A stretch of 32,000 nucleotides of DNA from Vulcanisaeta sp. AZ3 (lineage in GTDB: Archaea > Thermoproteota > Thermoprotei > Thermoproteales > Thermocladiaceae), in assembly GCA_000960865.2 (NCBI GenBank), contig JZWU02000002.1, forward strand, positions 1-32,000. The letters are read 5' to 3'. Below are positions 15,449 through 25,080 of the stretch, in pieces. Below the pieces are notes generated by a model that was not told where the DNA came from, did no database searches, and saw only the letters and a list, made by a program, of their open reading frames with translations. Both the position numbers and the translations under genes were made by a program. Each line of letters begins with the position of its first letter. Within the stretch, counting starts at the first letter, position 1.

Positions 15449-16804
15449 TTATTTGTGTGTTATTTCGCTTAGTAGTTCGTTGAATGTGTTTATTAGGTCT
15501 TGTGCTTGTTCTTTTGTGTGTATCATTGATGGTAGTAGGTGTGGCATGTGTTCTGTCATGTATAGTATGTTTTTTGTTCTCATGAATAAGTGTGCTAGGG
15601 TGTATAGGTTTTCGCTTGTCCTGCCTTCGTAGGCCATCCTAACGTTTGTGGGTCTTTCCTTGGTGAAGTGTATGCCTATCATGCTGCCGATGCCTGTTGC
15701 CCAGCATATTCTGTCGTGGTTTTCGCAGGCTTTGTTGAGTTCGTTTCTGGTCCAGTCCCAGAGTTGGTTGAAGTTTTCGTAGAGGGTTTTGTGTTGGTTT
15801 AGGTAGTTTATTGTTGTGTAGCCTGCTGTGAGTGTTATTGGGTTTCCTGTGAATGTTCCGCCGTGGAAGCTTCTGGATCTTGCGTTTGGTCTTTTTACTT
15901 GGTCTAGTAGTTCCATTATTTCTGTTCTTGATGCTATGGTTCCTGCTCCTGGGTAGCCGCCGCCGATTATCTTGCCTAGGGTTACTATGTCTGCCTTGAT
16001 GTTGAATCTCTCTTGGCCGCCGCCTAGGGCGAGTCTGAAGCCTGTTATTACTTCGTCGAGTATTAGTAGGGCTCCGTACTTGTCTGCTAATTCTCTAACG
16101 TTTTTTAGGTAGTTTTCCTTGGGTTCTATGCATCCTCCGGATCCTAGTACTGGTTCTGTTATTATGGCTGCTACGTCGAAGTTCCTGAGGACTTTTTCTA
16201 GGGATTCTGGGTCGTTGTAGGGGATTACTAGTGTGTATTTTATGTGGTCGGTTGGTAGGCCTAGGCTTTCGGGGCCTTCGAAGGGTGGGTTGACGCCGAC
16301 GTGTAGTCCGTCGTAGCCTCCGTGCCAGCCTCCCTCCATTTTTACGATGTATCTACGCCCGGTGTAGGCTCTGGCGAGTCTTACGGCGTACATGTTGGCT
16401 TCTGTGCCGCTGTTTGAGAATCTAATCATGTCTATGTTGGGTATGACTTTTGTTAGTAGTTCTGCGTATTCGACTTCTATTTCGTTTGGGTATCCGAGGT
16501 GTGTTCCGTTGTATGCTGCTTCGTTGACTGCTTTGATTACGAAGTCGGGTGAATGGCCGAGGATGTGTGTTCCGTGTCCCATCCAGTAGTCTACGTATTC
16601 GTTTCCGTCTAGGTCCCAGACCTTGGTGCCGCTTGCTTTCTTTATGTATATTGGGTATGGTGTGAAGTACCTGATTTGGTAAGTGGTTCCTCCGGGTAGT
16701 ACTTTCTTGGCTCTTTCGAAGAATTCCCTAGACTTACTGGTCTTCTCGATGTATATTTTTGTGTACTTGTTAATTAGTTCTTGAACTCTATCAGTGATGT
16801 TCAT
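15449..16804 (-). CDS. class III (PLP) aminotransferase, glutamate-1-semialdehyde 2,1-aminomutase-like
   Basis: AKKVLPGGTT..., VWDLDGNEYVDYWMGHGTHILGH, SGTEANMYAVRLARAYTGR, LILDEVITGFRLALGG, and TLGKIIGGGYP (PLP lysine). Confidence 0.8.
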   Translation of the reverse strand: MNITDRVQELINKYTKIYIEKTSKSREFFERAKKVLPGGTTYQIRYFTPYPIYIKKASGTKVWDLDGNEYVDYWMGHGTHILGHSPDFVIKAVNEAAYNGTHLGYPNEIEVEYAELLTKVIPNIDMIRFSNSGTEANMYAVRLARAYTGRRYIVKMEGGWHGGYDGLHVGVNPPFEGPESLGLPTDHIKYTLVIPYNDPESLEKVLRNFDVAAIITEPVLGSGGCIEPKENYLKNVRELADKYGALLILDEVITGFRLALGGGQERFNIKADIVTLGKIIGGGYPGAGTIASRTEIMELLDQVKRPNARSRSFHGGTFTGNPITLTAGYTTINYLNQHKTLYENFNQLWDWTRNELNKACENHDRICWATGIGSMIGIHFTKERPTNVRMAYEGRTSENLYTLAHLFMRTKNILYMTEHMPHLLPSMIHTKEQAQDLINTFNELLSEITHK

Positions 16805-16850
16805 CTTCTTCTCTGTGTTGCTTCACTTTATAAATAATGTACCTTTATCG

Positions 16851-17252
16851 TTATGGGAGTTTTACGAGGAATCCGTGGTTTTGCATTAGGTGCAGTAGTG
16901 CGTCTGTGAATCTGCTTGTTTTGTAACCGCATTTTGCGCATATGAAGTACCTGTGCTTGTGGAAGGAGTTTCTGGAGTAGGGTTGGGTGTTGACTCGTAG
17001 CCATTGTGCGTATTCCTTGGTTTTGATTATGTGGTCGTAGAGGCCGCCGTGGTGTTGTACAAAGCCTAGTTTGACTTGGTCTGTGTGTGGTGTTATGGTT
17101 AGTTTGAATTCTTTGTTTGTGAAGGGGCATTTGATGATGCCTTCTAGGAAGGCTTTATTGTCCTTCTTGGCTGTGTATATTACTAGGTCTACGTACTTTC
17201 CCTTGATCTCGTTGCTTTTTCTTAATCCGAGTAGCCCTAGGTCTGTGTTCAT
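16851..17252 (-). CDS. hypothetical protein with a C-terminal C2H2 zinc finger
   Basis: FICAKCGYKTSRFTDALLHLMQNH = C-x2-C-x12-H-x4-H (residues 105-126, nt 16875-16940). The rest is unassigned. Confidence 0.55.
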   Translation of the reverse strand: MNTDLGLLGLRKSNEIKGKYVDLVIYTAKKDNKAFLEGIIKCPFTNKEFKLTITPHTDQVKLGFVQHHGGLYDHIIKTKEYAQWLRVNTQPYSRNSFHKHRYFICAKCGYKTSRFTDALLHLMQNHGFLVKLP

Positions 17253-17297
17253 CGTGTTAGTTCATTGTAGTTGTGCTTTAAGCATTACTTTTCGAGC

Positions 17298-18020
17298 TTA
17301 TAATGTGTTGTGGTTTTTCATGATGTTTAGTAGGTCGTTAACGCAGTTAATTATGTGTGTTCTAACCTTGTTTGCTGTGTTTGATATTGTTTCGTTGAGT
17401 TCGTGGGGGTTCTTTGTTTGGGATATTATGAATAGTGATGAGGGTGATCTAATGTCTGTCTTGGCGATTATGTCTTCACAGACTCTTACTCTAACGATGC
17501 CTGTGGCTTTGCCCTCCGTGTATGTTATTACCTCTACTAAACTATTCTTGATTGGTTCGGTGATTAGATTTAGTGTTATGTTGTTGCCGCTGTATATGAT
17601 GAATATTTCGTCGGCTCCGGTTAGTACTTTGTTTGTCTTGCCGAGTTTGGCGTTGTCGAGTATTCTTCTCCAGCCGTCACCGATTGTCCTGAGGTATGTG
17701 TCGTGTAGGTTTAGTCTGGTGAGTAGGTATTTAATGGGGTCGTTGGTCTCGGTGTTCTTTAGGGTTATGTTGATTTTAAGTTCGTGGGATACGTTGAGTA
17801 GGAATTCGTCTAGTTTATCGAGTAGTGCCCTTAGGTAGTTAATGTTATTGCTTATTATTCTTATGGATTCCTCGTCATTAATCTCTAGGAGTCTTTCTTC
17901 GTAGGTGTTGTCAGGTCCGATGCCGATTAGGAAGAGGTGTTTCTCGTTAATGGATGCCTTGGTATTTATGAGGGTTCTATCCCTAACCTTAATGGTTCCC
18001 ATGGGTACTATGAACTCCAT
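17298..18020 (-). CDS. hypothetical protein (240 aa), no recognisable family
   Basis: Long ORF with a normal charged, globular composition (N/I/T/K-rich as expected for this strand). It is co-oriented with the zinc-finger ORF and the aminotransferase, with 45-nt and 46-nt gaps. Confidence 0.5.
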   Translation of the reverse strand: MEFIVPMGTIKVRDRTLINTKASINEKHLFLIGIGPDNTYEERLLEINDEESIRIISNNINYLRALLDKLDEFLLNVSHELKINITLKNTETNDPIKYLLTRLNLHDTYLRTIGDGWRRILDNAKLGKTNKVLTGADEIFIIYSGNNITLNLITEPIKNSLVEVITYTEGKATGIVRVRVCEDIIAKTDIRSPSSLFIISQTKNPHELNETISNTANKVRTHIINCVNDLLNIMKNHNTL

Positions 18021-18057
18021 AAGTACTACATTCTCTAGGCCTGTATGTCTCTCTTAA

Positions 18058-18066
18058 TTTTTATAA
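18058..18066 (+). promoter_or_regulatory. TATA box for the SDR gene
   Basis: TTTTTATAA centred about 31 nt upstream of ATG 18093. Confidence 0.4.
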
Positions 18067-18092
18067 GGTGGTAATTATTTGGCTTGTTTTGT

Positions 18093-18854
18093 ATGGGTGA
18101 GTTTGAGGGTCGTGTTGTTGTTGTGACTGGTGGTACTAGGGGTATTGGTAGGGCTATTGCGGAGGCGTTTCTTAGGGAGGGGGCTAGGGTTGCTGTAACC
18201 TTTGTGAAGAGTGATGAGAAGGGTAGGGAGTTGGAGAGGGAGGGTATTTTGGCTATTAAGTGTGATGTTTCTAATAGGGATGAGGTTAGGAGGGCTGTGG
18301 AGCTTGTTCGTGAGAAGCTTGGTGATGTTAGTATTCTCGTTAATAATGCGGGTATAATGCCTTTGATGTCTTTTGAGGATTATAATGAGGAGGTGTTTGA
18401 TAGGATGTTTGCTATTAATGTTAAGGGTATAATTTACACAACCCTTGAGTTTTTGCCTCAGTTAAAGAGGACTAGGGGTGTGATTATTAACATAGCCTCG
18501 AATGCGGGTATTGGTACGGCCTTTGAGGGGACTACTTATTACGCGATTACGAAGGCTTCCGTGATTATACTTACTAAGAGGATGGCTTTTGAGTTGGGTA
18601 AGTATGGTATTAGGGTTAATGCTGTGGCTCCGGGTTGGGTGGAGACGGACATGACTACTGGGGGTAGGTCGAAGGAGGAGGTGGAGAGGACGAAGAGTAT
18701 GCTTAGGTCTAGGACTGTGTTAGGTATGACTGGTGTTCCCAGTGACATAGCTAATGTTGTTTTGTTCCTCGCTAGTGATAAGGCTAGGTACATGACTGGG
18801 CAGACTGTGGTGGTTGATGGTGGTAGAATAGATTATCTAACTCATGGGATTTAG
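18093..18854 (+). CDS. short-chain dehydrogenase/reductase (FabG-like SDR)
   Basis: VVVVTGGTRGIGRAIA (TGxxxGxG), NNAG, the catalytic YAITKAS (YxxxK), and PGWVETDM. I prefer ATG 18093 over TTG 18084. Confidence 0.85.
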   Translation: MGEFEGRVVVVTGGTRGIGRAIAEAFLREGARVAVTFVKSDEKGRELEREGILAIKCDVSNRDEVRRAVELVREKLGDVSILVNNAGIMPLMSFEDYNEEVFDRMFAINVKGIIYTTLEFLPQLKRTRGVIINIASNAGIGTAFEGTTYYAITKASVIILTKRMAFELGKYGIRVNAVAPGWVETDMTTGGRSKEEVERTKSMLRSRTVLGMTGVPSDIANVVLFLASDKARYMTGQTVVVDGGRIDYLTHGI

Positions 18855-18863
18855 TGAGGTTAG

Positions 18864-18871
18864 TTTTTAAA
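18864..18871 (+). promoter_or_regulatory. TATA box for the permease gene
   Basis: TTTTTAAA centred about 31 nt upstream of ATG 18898. Confidence 0.4.
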
Positions 18872-18897
18872 CGTCTTGGGATTAATTTATTATTGAA

Positions 18898-20589
18898 ATG
18901 TTGGAATTAACCTTTGGGCAGTATTATGTGTTGGCTGTGCTTATTCTTGCGATTATATTGCTTTTAACGCGAGTTGTTAGGCATGATATTGTGGGTGCCT
19001 TGGTTTTAATACTCCTCGTGTTGGGTGGGGTGTTGAGTCTTGGGAGGGCTTTGGAGTTTTTTGTGTCTTCTACGGTGGTGGTGCTTGGTAGCTTGTTGTT
19101 AATTAGTAGGACCCTTGAGGAGTCGGGGTTTTTGGACAGGCTTGCTGAGGATTTGAGTAGGTTGATTAGGAATGAGTATGTGCTTCTGGTCATTGTTTTA
19201 TTCATGGTGGCGTTGACCTCGGGTTTTATGAGCGATGTGGCTCTTGTTGCCATATTTATGCCATTTATGTATGCATTATCTAGTATACATAAGAGGAGAT
19301 TGTCTAAGTATTTAATGCCTCTTTCGTATGCTGCAATACTTGGCGGTAGGTATACGATTTTTGGGACGAGTACGAATTTAATAGTTAATCAGTTTTGGTA
19401 TGAAAGTTTCCATAGGTATTTATCCGTGTTTCAATTTCTGTGGGTGGGTCTTGCTATACTCTTTGTTGGGTTGCCGGTGCTTCTGTTAATATACGTGTTG
19501 TTACCAAGTAGGGAGAATGTGGTTAAGTCAATAGATGATTTGAAGATTGGTGAGTATGTGATTGAGGCTAAGGTTAATGAGGGTTGTGAGTGGGTTGGTA
19601 GGCGTAGGCGTGATGTTGAGAGGGAGTATGGTGTTAAGATAGTTACTGTATTGCCCAGAAGGTTTCTTAGGTCGGGTGTTATTAATGAGGGATCTACGTT
19701 ATTAATGAGGGTTCCTACGGATAAGTTGCCTGTTATATCTTCAATTAAGGGTTTGTCATTGGCGTCTATGGAGCAGGTTGAGGGTGGGGAGGTTATTGAG
19801 GCTCTTGTGACTAGTAGTTCGTCTCTTGTTAATAATACGATAGCTAATGCTGATGTTCTTAATAGGTATGGTGTTAGGATTGTTGGGATATCCACAGGTG
19901 GTAGGAGAATTTACGGTGCAATAGAACATACGTCACTGAGGCCTGGTGATGCATTGTTGTTACTTGGTGAGGAGGGGGATGTGACTAGGCTTATGAGGGA
20001 CTTTGGGTTGATGCCTTTGAGGACTACGGGGGTTAGGCTTTTTAATGTTAGGAAGGGTGTTGTGTCTATTGCTGTTTTGGTTGGGGCTACTGTGGCGTCA
20101 TTGCTTGGTGTGGATATTTCATTGGCTTTCTTGATTGCTGCTGTGTTGCTTGTGCTTACGGGTGCTATTAATTATAGGAGGGTTTATCAGTATGTTGATT
20201 GGTCTGTGCTTGTGTTCATAGCCTCATTCTTATCCTTAGGTTATGCTATGAGTGTTAGTGGTTTGTCTGATGTGATTTCTCATGTGTTGCCAGCCTCGCC
20301 AGTATTATTATTCCTAATAACGGTTTTGATTGCGAACTTCGTTAATAATGTTTCGGCGGCTGCCATAATGACTCCAATAGCGTTAACGTACCCGAATCCG
20401 CTTGCTGCGGTTACTGTGGTGGCTATGGCATCCTCAACCACCTTCCTAACACCTTTTAGTCATCCAGCAAACCTACTTATTTATAGTCCAGGGGGCTATA
20501 GGGTGAGGGATTATTTAGTTATGGGTGCCCTAATTGTGCTTACGGTATTTATAGTAACTATGGTGTTCACGGGCTCACTGAAGATATGA
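18898..20589 (+). CDS. DASS/SLC13-type (ArsB/NhaD superfamily) anion permease with two central TrkA-C (RCK_C) domains
   Basis: Hydrophobic N- and C-terminal halves flank two soluble repeats (IGEYVIEAKVNEGCEWVGRRRRDVEREYGVKIVTV... and EVIEALVTSSSSLVNNTIANADVLNRYGVRIVGI...GD.LLLLG). Confidence 0.7.
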   Translation: MLELTFGQYYVLAVLILAIILLLTRVVRHDIVGALVLILLVLGGVLSLGRALEFFVSSTVVVLGSLLLISRTLEESGFLDRLAEDLSRLIRNEYVLLVIVLFMVALTSGFMSDVALVAIFMPFMYALSSIHKRRLSKYLMPLSYAAILGGRYTIFGTSTNLIVNQFWYESFHRYLSVFQFLWVGLAILFVGLPVLLLIYVLLPSRENVVKSIDDLKIGEYVIEAKVNEGCEWVGRRRRDVEREYGVKIVTVLPRRFLRSGVINEGSTLLMRVPTDKLPVISSIKGLSLASMEQVEGGEVIEALVTSSSSLVNNTIANADVLNRYGVRIVGISTGGRRIYGAIEHTSLRPGDALLLLGEEGDVTRLMRDFGLMPLRTTGVRLFNVRKGVVSIAVLVGATVASLLGVDISLAFLIAAVLLVLTGAINYRRVYQYVDWSVLVFIASFLSLGYAMSVSGLSDVISHVLPASPVLLFLITVLIANFVNNVSAAAIMTPIALTYPNPLAAVTVVAMASSTTFLTPFSHPANLLIYSPGGYRVRDYLVMGALIVLTVFIVTMVFTGSLKI

Positions 20590-20670
20590 TAGATGAAGAG
20601 AGTTCATACTCTTATTTCCTTACCTCTCCTTACTCATTCCTCTACTAGCTAAGATAATGTGGGCATAAGG

Positions 20671-20678
20671 TTTAAAAA
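20671..20678 (+). promoter_or_regulatory. TATA box for the 20706 gene
   Basis: TTTAAAAA centred about 31 nt upstream of ATG 20706. Confidence 0.4.
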
Positions 20679-20690
20679 TGAGTATCTGAT

Positions 20691-20700
20691 TCGATATCGA
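20691..20700. promoter_or_regulatory. 10-bp perfect palindrome TCGATATCGA between the TATA box and the start codon (possible operator)
   Basis: Read directly from the sequence. It would overlap the expected transcription start. Confidence 0.25.
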
Positions 20701-20705
20701 TAAAT

Positions 20706-21380
20706 ATGAAAGTAATAGTTGCGCCGGGGCCTGTCTCATACCCATTAATAATGGCTACTAGGGTGATTAGGGATTTGGAGCTTGTTTTTGGTAAGGAGGG
20801 TAAGGATGCCTATGCTGTGGCTGATTCCCTTGTATCTCTGGCAAGGAGGGGTCTTAGGCCGAGTGTGGTGACTGTTAGGAGGTTATTAGTAATATACCCG
20901 GAGCTTAGGGGTCCGAATGTTGGTGTTTGGCGTAGGGGTAGTGCGGCTGATGTGTTGATTAGGGCGTATGCGGATAGACTTGGGTTTGGTGGGTTGAATT
21001 TTGTGTATGCTGATGATTGGTATTCATTAAATGATATGTTTAGGTCTGGGCAGGTTCAAAGTGTGGTTCTCAATAAGGCTCTTGTGGATGGTGGCTTGTC
21101 TCTTGAGGATGCCTTAGATTTACCGGGTGCCTGTGGTATATATGTAAATGGTGATTTGCAATACATAATCGATGCGTATGAGGCGGGTATTGAGTTGGTT
21201 AGGGAGGATCCGGAGGGATCTGCTGAGTATATTGCTAGTAAGTTGCCGATTAGGATTCCAAGGGAGTTTATTGTGAATGTACTTAGGAGGGTTGAGTATG
21301 GAATATTTAAACCGAGTATAGATAGTGTGGATAGGTTAATAAGTATTGTTAATAGGTATGGCGTCACCGGGTATGAGTAG
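20706..21380 (+). CDS. hypothetical soluble protein, possibly a periplasmic-binding-protein-like fold
   Basis: 224-aa ORF with normal composition whose 3' end overlaps the MFS gene. No catalytic motif recognised, and the fold suggestion is weak. Confidence 0.5.
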   Translation: MKVIVAPGPVSYPLIMATRVIRDLELVFGKEGKDAYAVADSLVSLARRGLRPSVVTVRRLLVIYPELRGPNVGVWRRGSAADVLIRAYADRLGFGGLNFVYADDWYSLNDMFRSGQVQSVVLNKALVDGGLSLEDALDLPGACGIYVNGDLQYIIDAYEAGIELVREDPEGSAEYIASKLPIRIPREFIVNVLRRVEYGIFKPSIDSVDRLISIVNRYGVTGYE

Positions 21381-22545
21381 GGGGCAGTTTTATGCTGGTT
21401 TGCTTCAGGCCTTGTTGGTGATTGTGCCTCTTACTATTGCTATTAGGGCTTCTAATAATATGTTATTAACGACTATACCTCTCTTGGCTAGGTATGATTT
21501 TCACTTCACGAATGCTCTTATAGGTGTAATTTCGGCTTTAACGTCGTTTGTGACATTCATAAGTAGTGGTATAATTAATGCGAGGCTTAGTAGTGAATTG
21601 AGGAGGGTTGCATTTATAGTTTCGTCCGTGGTCTACGCAGGTGTGTTTCCGCTTTTTGCGTTTTCTAGTGCGTTGACGATTTGGTTGTTGTCGGCCGTGG
21701 CTGGTTTTGTGCTTGGGTTTTTGATGCCTAATGTGATAACGTCGGCTAGTTTATTGCCGAGTAGGACTGATAGGGAGAGGCTTTTGAATATTTATACTTT
21801 GTCCTTGAGTACGGCGTTGGTTGTGGGGCCTGCGATAGAGTCCTTGATACTTAAGTACTTTAGTCTTAGGGAGTCCTTCATTTTCTTCACCATATTCCCA
21901 ATAGTAAGTGTAGTAACGGCGTTTATGTTGAAGTTTCCAGAGGAGCGGGGTAATCGTAATGGCATTGATTTTGGTGTGGTTGTTCATAATCCTGGCTTTA
22001 TAACTGCTGTTCTTAATATAGCGACGTATAACATAGTCTTCTCCTTCTTAATGGCGTTTGGTGGTATTTATGCTAGGGAGGCCTTTGGTATGGATTATTC
22101 TGAGATTGAGATTTTATTCTCTGTATTCTTTGTGGCCTCCTTCCTCGGTAGGTTGTATTTGTCGATTAGGCCTGCGGTGAGGCTTTGGCCTTATATGGCG
22201 TTGGCTGTTATGATGACTGTTACGGGCGTACTCGTGATAGCCCTCACTAATAATCCGTTGGTATATGCTGCGGCTTTGCTTGTGTTGGGTGTTCCGCATG
22301 GTACTACGTACCCGTTGTCCGTGGTCTCCATATCTAGGTCTTTTAAGCCTGAGGAGAGGAATGCTGCGAATAGTATATTCTTCTCCTTCATGATGCTTAT
22401 AGGTATAGTGACGCCTACGGTGACTGGTTATTTGGCTGATTTAATTGGTATTAGGAATACGTTTATTGTCTTGGCGCCGCCGATCATTCTAATCCTACTC
22501 CTAATGCGTAGGTATGTGGTTGCAGTCGATAGGCCGAGGGATTAA
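21358..22545 (+). CDS. MFS transporter
   Basis: About 12 hydrophobic segments in two halves separated by a charged loop (KFPEERGNRNGID). Possible starts are TTG 21346, ATG 21358 and ATG 21373, and all overlap the upstream gene. Confidence 0.7.
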   Translation: MASPGMSRGQFYAGLLQALLVIVPLTIAIRASNNMLLTTIPLLARYDFHFTNALIGVISALTSFVTFISSGIINARLSSELRRVAFIVSSVVYAGVFPLFAFSSALTIWLLSAVAGFVLGFLMPNVITSASLLPSRTDRERLLNIYTLSLSTALVVGPAIESLILKYFSLRESFIFFTIFPIVSVVTAFMLKFPEERGNRNGIDFGVVVHNPGFITAVLNIATYNIVFSFLMAFGGIYAREAFGMDYSEIEILFSVFFVASFLGRLYLSIRPAVRLWPYMALAVMMTVTGVLVIALTNNPLVYAAALLVLGVPHGTTYPLSVVSISRSFKPEERNAANSIFFSFMMLIGIVTPTVTGYLADLIGIRNTFIVLAPPIILILLLMRRYVVAVDRPRD

Positions 22546-22578
22546 TAATTATCTTTACATCAGTGATTCTTTGTGTCA

Positions 22579-23271
22579 ATGCTTGGTTATGTGGTTAGGA
22601 GGCCTGATGTTGTTGGTGTGTTTGTGAGGAGGTTGAATAGGTTTGTGGGTGTTGCTGTTATTAATGGTGAGGAGGTTATGGTTCATATTCATGACCCGGG
22701 TAGGTTGCAGGAATTATTGAGGCCTGGTGTTAGGATTTATGCCTATGAGAAGAGTGGTGGTAAGACTAGGTATTACTTAGTGGCTGTGGATTTAGGTGAT
22801 GAACTTGTGCTTGTGAATTCGGCGATACATAATGACATCGCGTCCTGGCTTATTAGTAATGGTTTTGTCTTGAGGGATTATCGAGTGGTTAGGAGGGAGC
22901 CTGTGTTTGGTTCGGGTAGGTTTGATTTATTGTTAAGGTCGCCAATGGGTATGGATGCCTTTGTTGAGGTTAAGGGTGTTACATTGGAGGTGAATGGTAT
23001 TGCCGAGTTCCCTGACGCTCCTACGCAACGTGGTGCCCGTCACATGATGGAGTTGGCGAGGGCTGTGGGGCTTGGTTATGAGGCTTATGTGTTATTTCTC
23101 GTGCTTAGGTCGAGGGCTTTTGTGTTTAGGCCTAATGAGGCGCTTGATTCTAGGTTTGCTGAGGCGTTTAGGTTTGCGATGAGCCATGGTGTGAATGCAG
23201 TGGCTTATAAGTTAGTCTTGGGTCGGGATTGGGTGTTGAGGCCTGTGGGGCCCTTGAGGGTTGAGTTTTAG
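22579..23271 (+). CDS. sfsA: SfsA-family nuclease (sugar fermentation stimulation protein homologue)
   Basis: [76 protein letters not shown]. The start is ATG 22579 or GTG 22573. Confidence 0.85.
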   Translation: MLGYVVRRPDVVGVFVRRLNRFVGVAVINGEEVMVHIHDPGRLQELLRPGVRIYAYEKSGGKTRYYLVAVDLGDELVLVNSAIHNDIASWLISNGFVLRDYRVVRREPVFGSGRFDLLLRSPMGMDAFVEVKGVTLEVNGIAEFPDAPTQRGARHMMELARAVGLGYEAYVLFLVLRSRAFVFRPNEALDSRFAEAFRFAMSHGVNAVAYKLVLGRDWVLRPVGPLRVEF

Positions 23272-24609
23272 TTATTTAGCTTCGGGGGTGAGTATGTAGG
23301 TGTTTACGTTGGTTCTTGGAGATAATTCGTTGGAGATTGGTGTTAGCATTAATCTCTTAACCTCATTCATATCTCTTGTTTGTGCTAAGACCCATGATAA
23401 CTTAACAAATGCTACCTCTGGTATCATGTCTTCGGCTGGTATTACGCCTAGCGTTAGTAATTCTACGCCTCTTCTGTATACGTTTAGGTTTACTCTTCCG
23501 AATATTGTTTGACTCGTTATAACTATGGGTATGCCATTCTCGATGGCTCTCCTTATTGGATCGAGTAGGGGTTCTCTAACGTGGCCGAACCCTGTGCCTT
23601 CAATGACGATTCCGTGGTATCCCTTATCAATTAGGTGGTGAAGTATTTCTGGGTCCATGCCTGGGTAGAATTTGATTAGTGCGACTTTATCGTCGAATTT
23701 ATTCATGAGTATTGTATCCTCAGCCTTGGACTTGACTTGGTAATTGTTTGTATTGAGTTTGATCTCGAGTTTGTTAATGTCTACGTAGGCCACGGGCTCA
23801 TCATTAATACTTATGAACGCGTCTCTCCTTGAGGTGTGCATTTTCCTAACCCTGGTACCCCTATGCACTGCTATTAAGCCATCATTGGTTGAGGCATGCA
23901 TAATCACGAAGGAGCCTGCAAAGGGGGCGCGGGCGCCCACAAGCACAGCTGCAAGCATATTCTCAAAGGCATCGCTGGATGGCCTATCACTACTCCTCTG
24001 GGAGCCGACCAGTGCGATGGGGCCTGCTGGATTTCTAATGGCAAATGAGAGAGCCGCTGCTGTGTAGTGCATTGTGTCTGTTCCGTGGAGTATAACCACG
24101 CCGGACACGCCTTCCATGAAGGCCTTGTATGTGGCTTCTGCGATTTGGCTCCATCCCTGTGGTGTCATGTCCTCGCTGAAAATTGCCATTAGGTTTAGTA
24201 GCTCCACGTCCGCGATGCTCCTAATCTCTGGGTACATGGCGTATAGGTCCTCGAGGCTGAAGCTTGGGTAGACGGCGCCTGTCCTATAATCGACCTTAGA
24301 CATTATTGTGCCGCCGGTTGCCACTAGTCTAACCCTGGGTAATCCCGTGCTTTCAGCCTTTATGAAATGGCCAATGGGTATTGATGTAACGCCCTTGGAT
24401 TCAATGTGTCTCATTATTTCAACTCTATCGATATTGCTTACGTGAATACCTACGTTATAGCCATTATCGAGCTTGAGAACCATTATGTTAGGATCACCAA
24501 CACCTGGTTTTGGCAGGACAATGCCTCTTAGTGTTGTGCCGTCCTTTAGGTGAATATTAATGTCGTCAAACTCCCTAATCCCGTGCTTGTCAAGGAATTC
24601 ATTAAGCAC
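23272..24609 (-). CDS. gatD: Glu-tRNA(Gln) amidotransferase subunit D
   Basis: An N-terminal GatD-specific domain is followed by an asparaginase fold: ATGGTIMSKVDYRTGAV, ILHGTDTMHYTAAALSF, GSQRSSDRPSSDA, IVIEGTGFGHV. No gatE is adjacent. Confidence 0.85.
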   Translation of the reverse strand: MLNEFLDKHGIREFDDINIHLKDGTTLRGIVLPKPGVGDPNIMVLKLDNGYNVGIHVSNIDRVEIMRHIESKGVTSIPIGHFIKAESTGLPRVRLVATGGTIMSKVDYRTGAVYPSFSLEDLYAMYPEIRSIADVELLNLMAIFSEDMTPQGWSQIAEATYKAFMEGVSGVVILHGTDTMHYTAAALSFAIRNPAGPIALVGSQRSSDRPSSDAFENMLAAVLVGARAPFAGSFVIMHASTNDGLIAVHRGTRVRKMHTSRRDAFISINDEPVAYVDINKLEIKLNTNNYQVKSKAEDTILMNKFDDKVALIKFYPGMDPEILHHLIDKGYHGIVIEGTGFGHVREPLLDPIRRAIENGIPIVITSQTIFGRVNLNVYRRGVELLTLGVIPAEDMIPEVAFVKLSWVLAQTRDMNEVKRLMLTPISNELSPRTNVNTYILTPEAK

Positions 24610-24641
24610 GGTATTCCTATCATGGCAATTGGTTAATAATT

Positions 24642-25007
24642 TTACTCATTTGGTGCTAGGTCTAGTAGCATGTTTATGACCTTGTTGTCGCGCTCTGTTG
24701 AGTGTCTGGTGATTATTATGTACTTGAGTTTGGATAGGGCGTAATCGCTGAGTAGGCCGAAGCCGTTACGTGAGATGCATAGGACTTTTTTACCACTGGC
24801 TAGGGCGTAATCAACCTCTGTCTGATCGCCCACATTTCTCAGTATTATTACATTTACGCCATCTTGTTCGACCACGAGTTCATCATCCTTAACAAGTAGT
24901 AGTGCGCATTCGCCAGGTTTTAGGTCTATTAATACTTTGTCTAGGTCGTTGTAATCGTTTATTCTGACGATCCTAACCATACCGAGACTTATGTACGGAC
25001 TAAGCAT
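24642..25007 (-). CDS. hypothetical protein (112-121 aa)
   Basis: ORF with globular composition directly upstream of gatD (32-nt gap). ATG 24980 (MVRIVRINDY...) is an alternative start. No family recognised. Confidence 0.45.
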   Translation of the reverse strand: MLSPYISLGMVRIVRINDYNDLDKVLIDLKPGECALLLVKDDELVVEQDGVNVIILRNVGDQTEVDYALASGKKVLCISRNGFGLLSDYALSKLKYIIITRHSTERDNKVINMLLDLAPNE

Positions 25008-25080
25008 TTAGTACCCATACTCAAAATAACTAGTAAGCCTAATAACCCACTGATGGCCTTAAAAGGAAACATGATGAGTA

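Noticed and set aside
17071-17838. 255-aa + strand ORF spanning the two orphan genes
   Set aside because: It is S/L/F/V-rich with almost no charged residues and runs straight across the intergenic gap between two minus-strand ORFs that have normal globular composition. This is typical stop-poor translation of a skewed strand.
18924-19895. 109-aa and 154-aa minus-strand ORFs inside the permease gene, and similar shadow ORFs elsewhere
   Set aside because: All are antisense or out of frame to ORFs with clear family signatures, and all have skew-driven low-complexity composition. The others are 2934-3128, 5049-5306, 8160-9135, 11603-11866, 12059-12579, 14451-14985, 15402-15632, 16392-17130, 18539-18793, 21056-22391, 23300-24271, 24989-25180, 25936-26260, 27061-27336 and 30290-30505.
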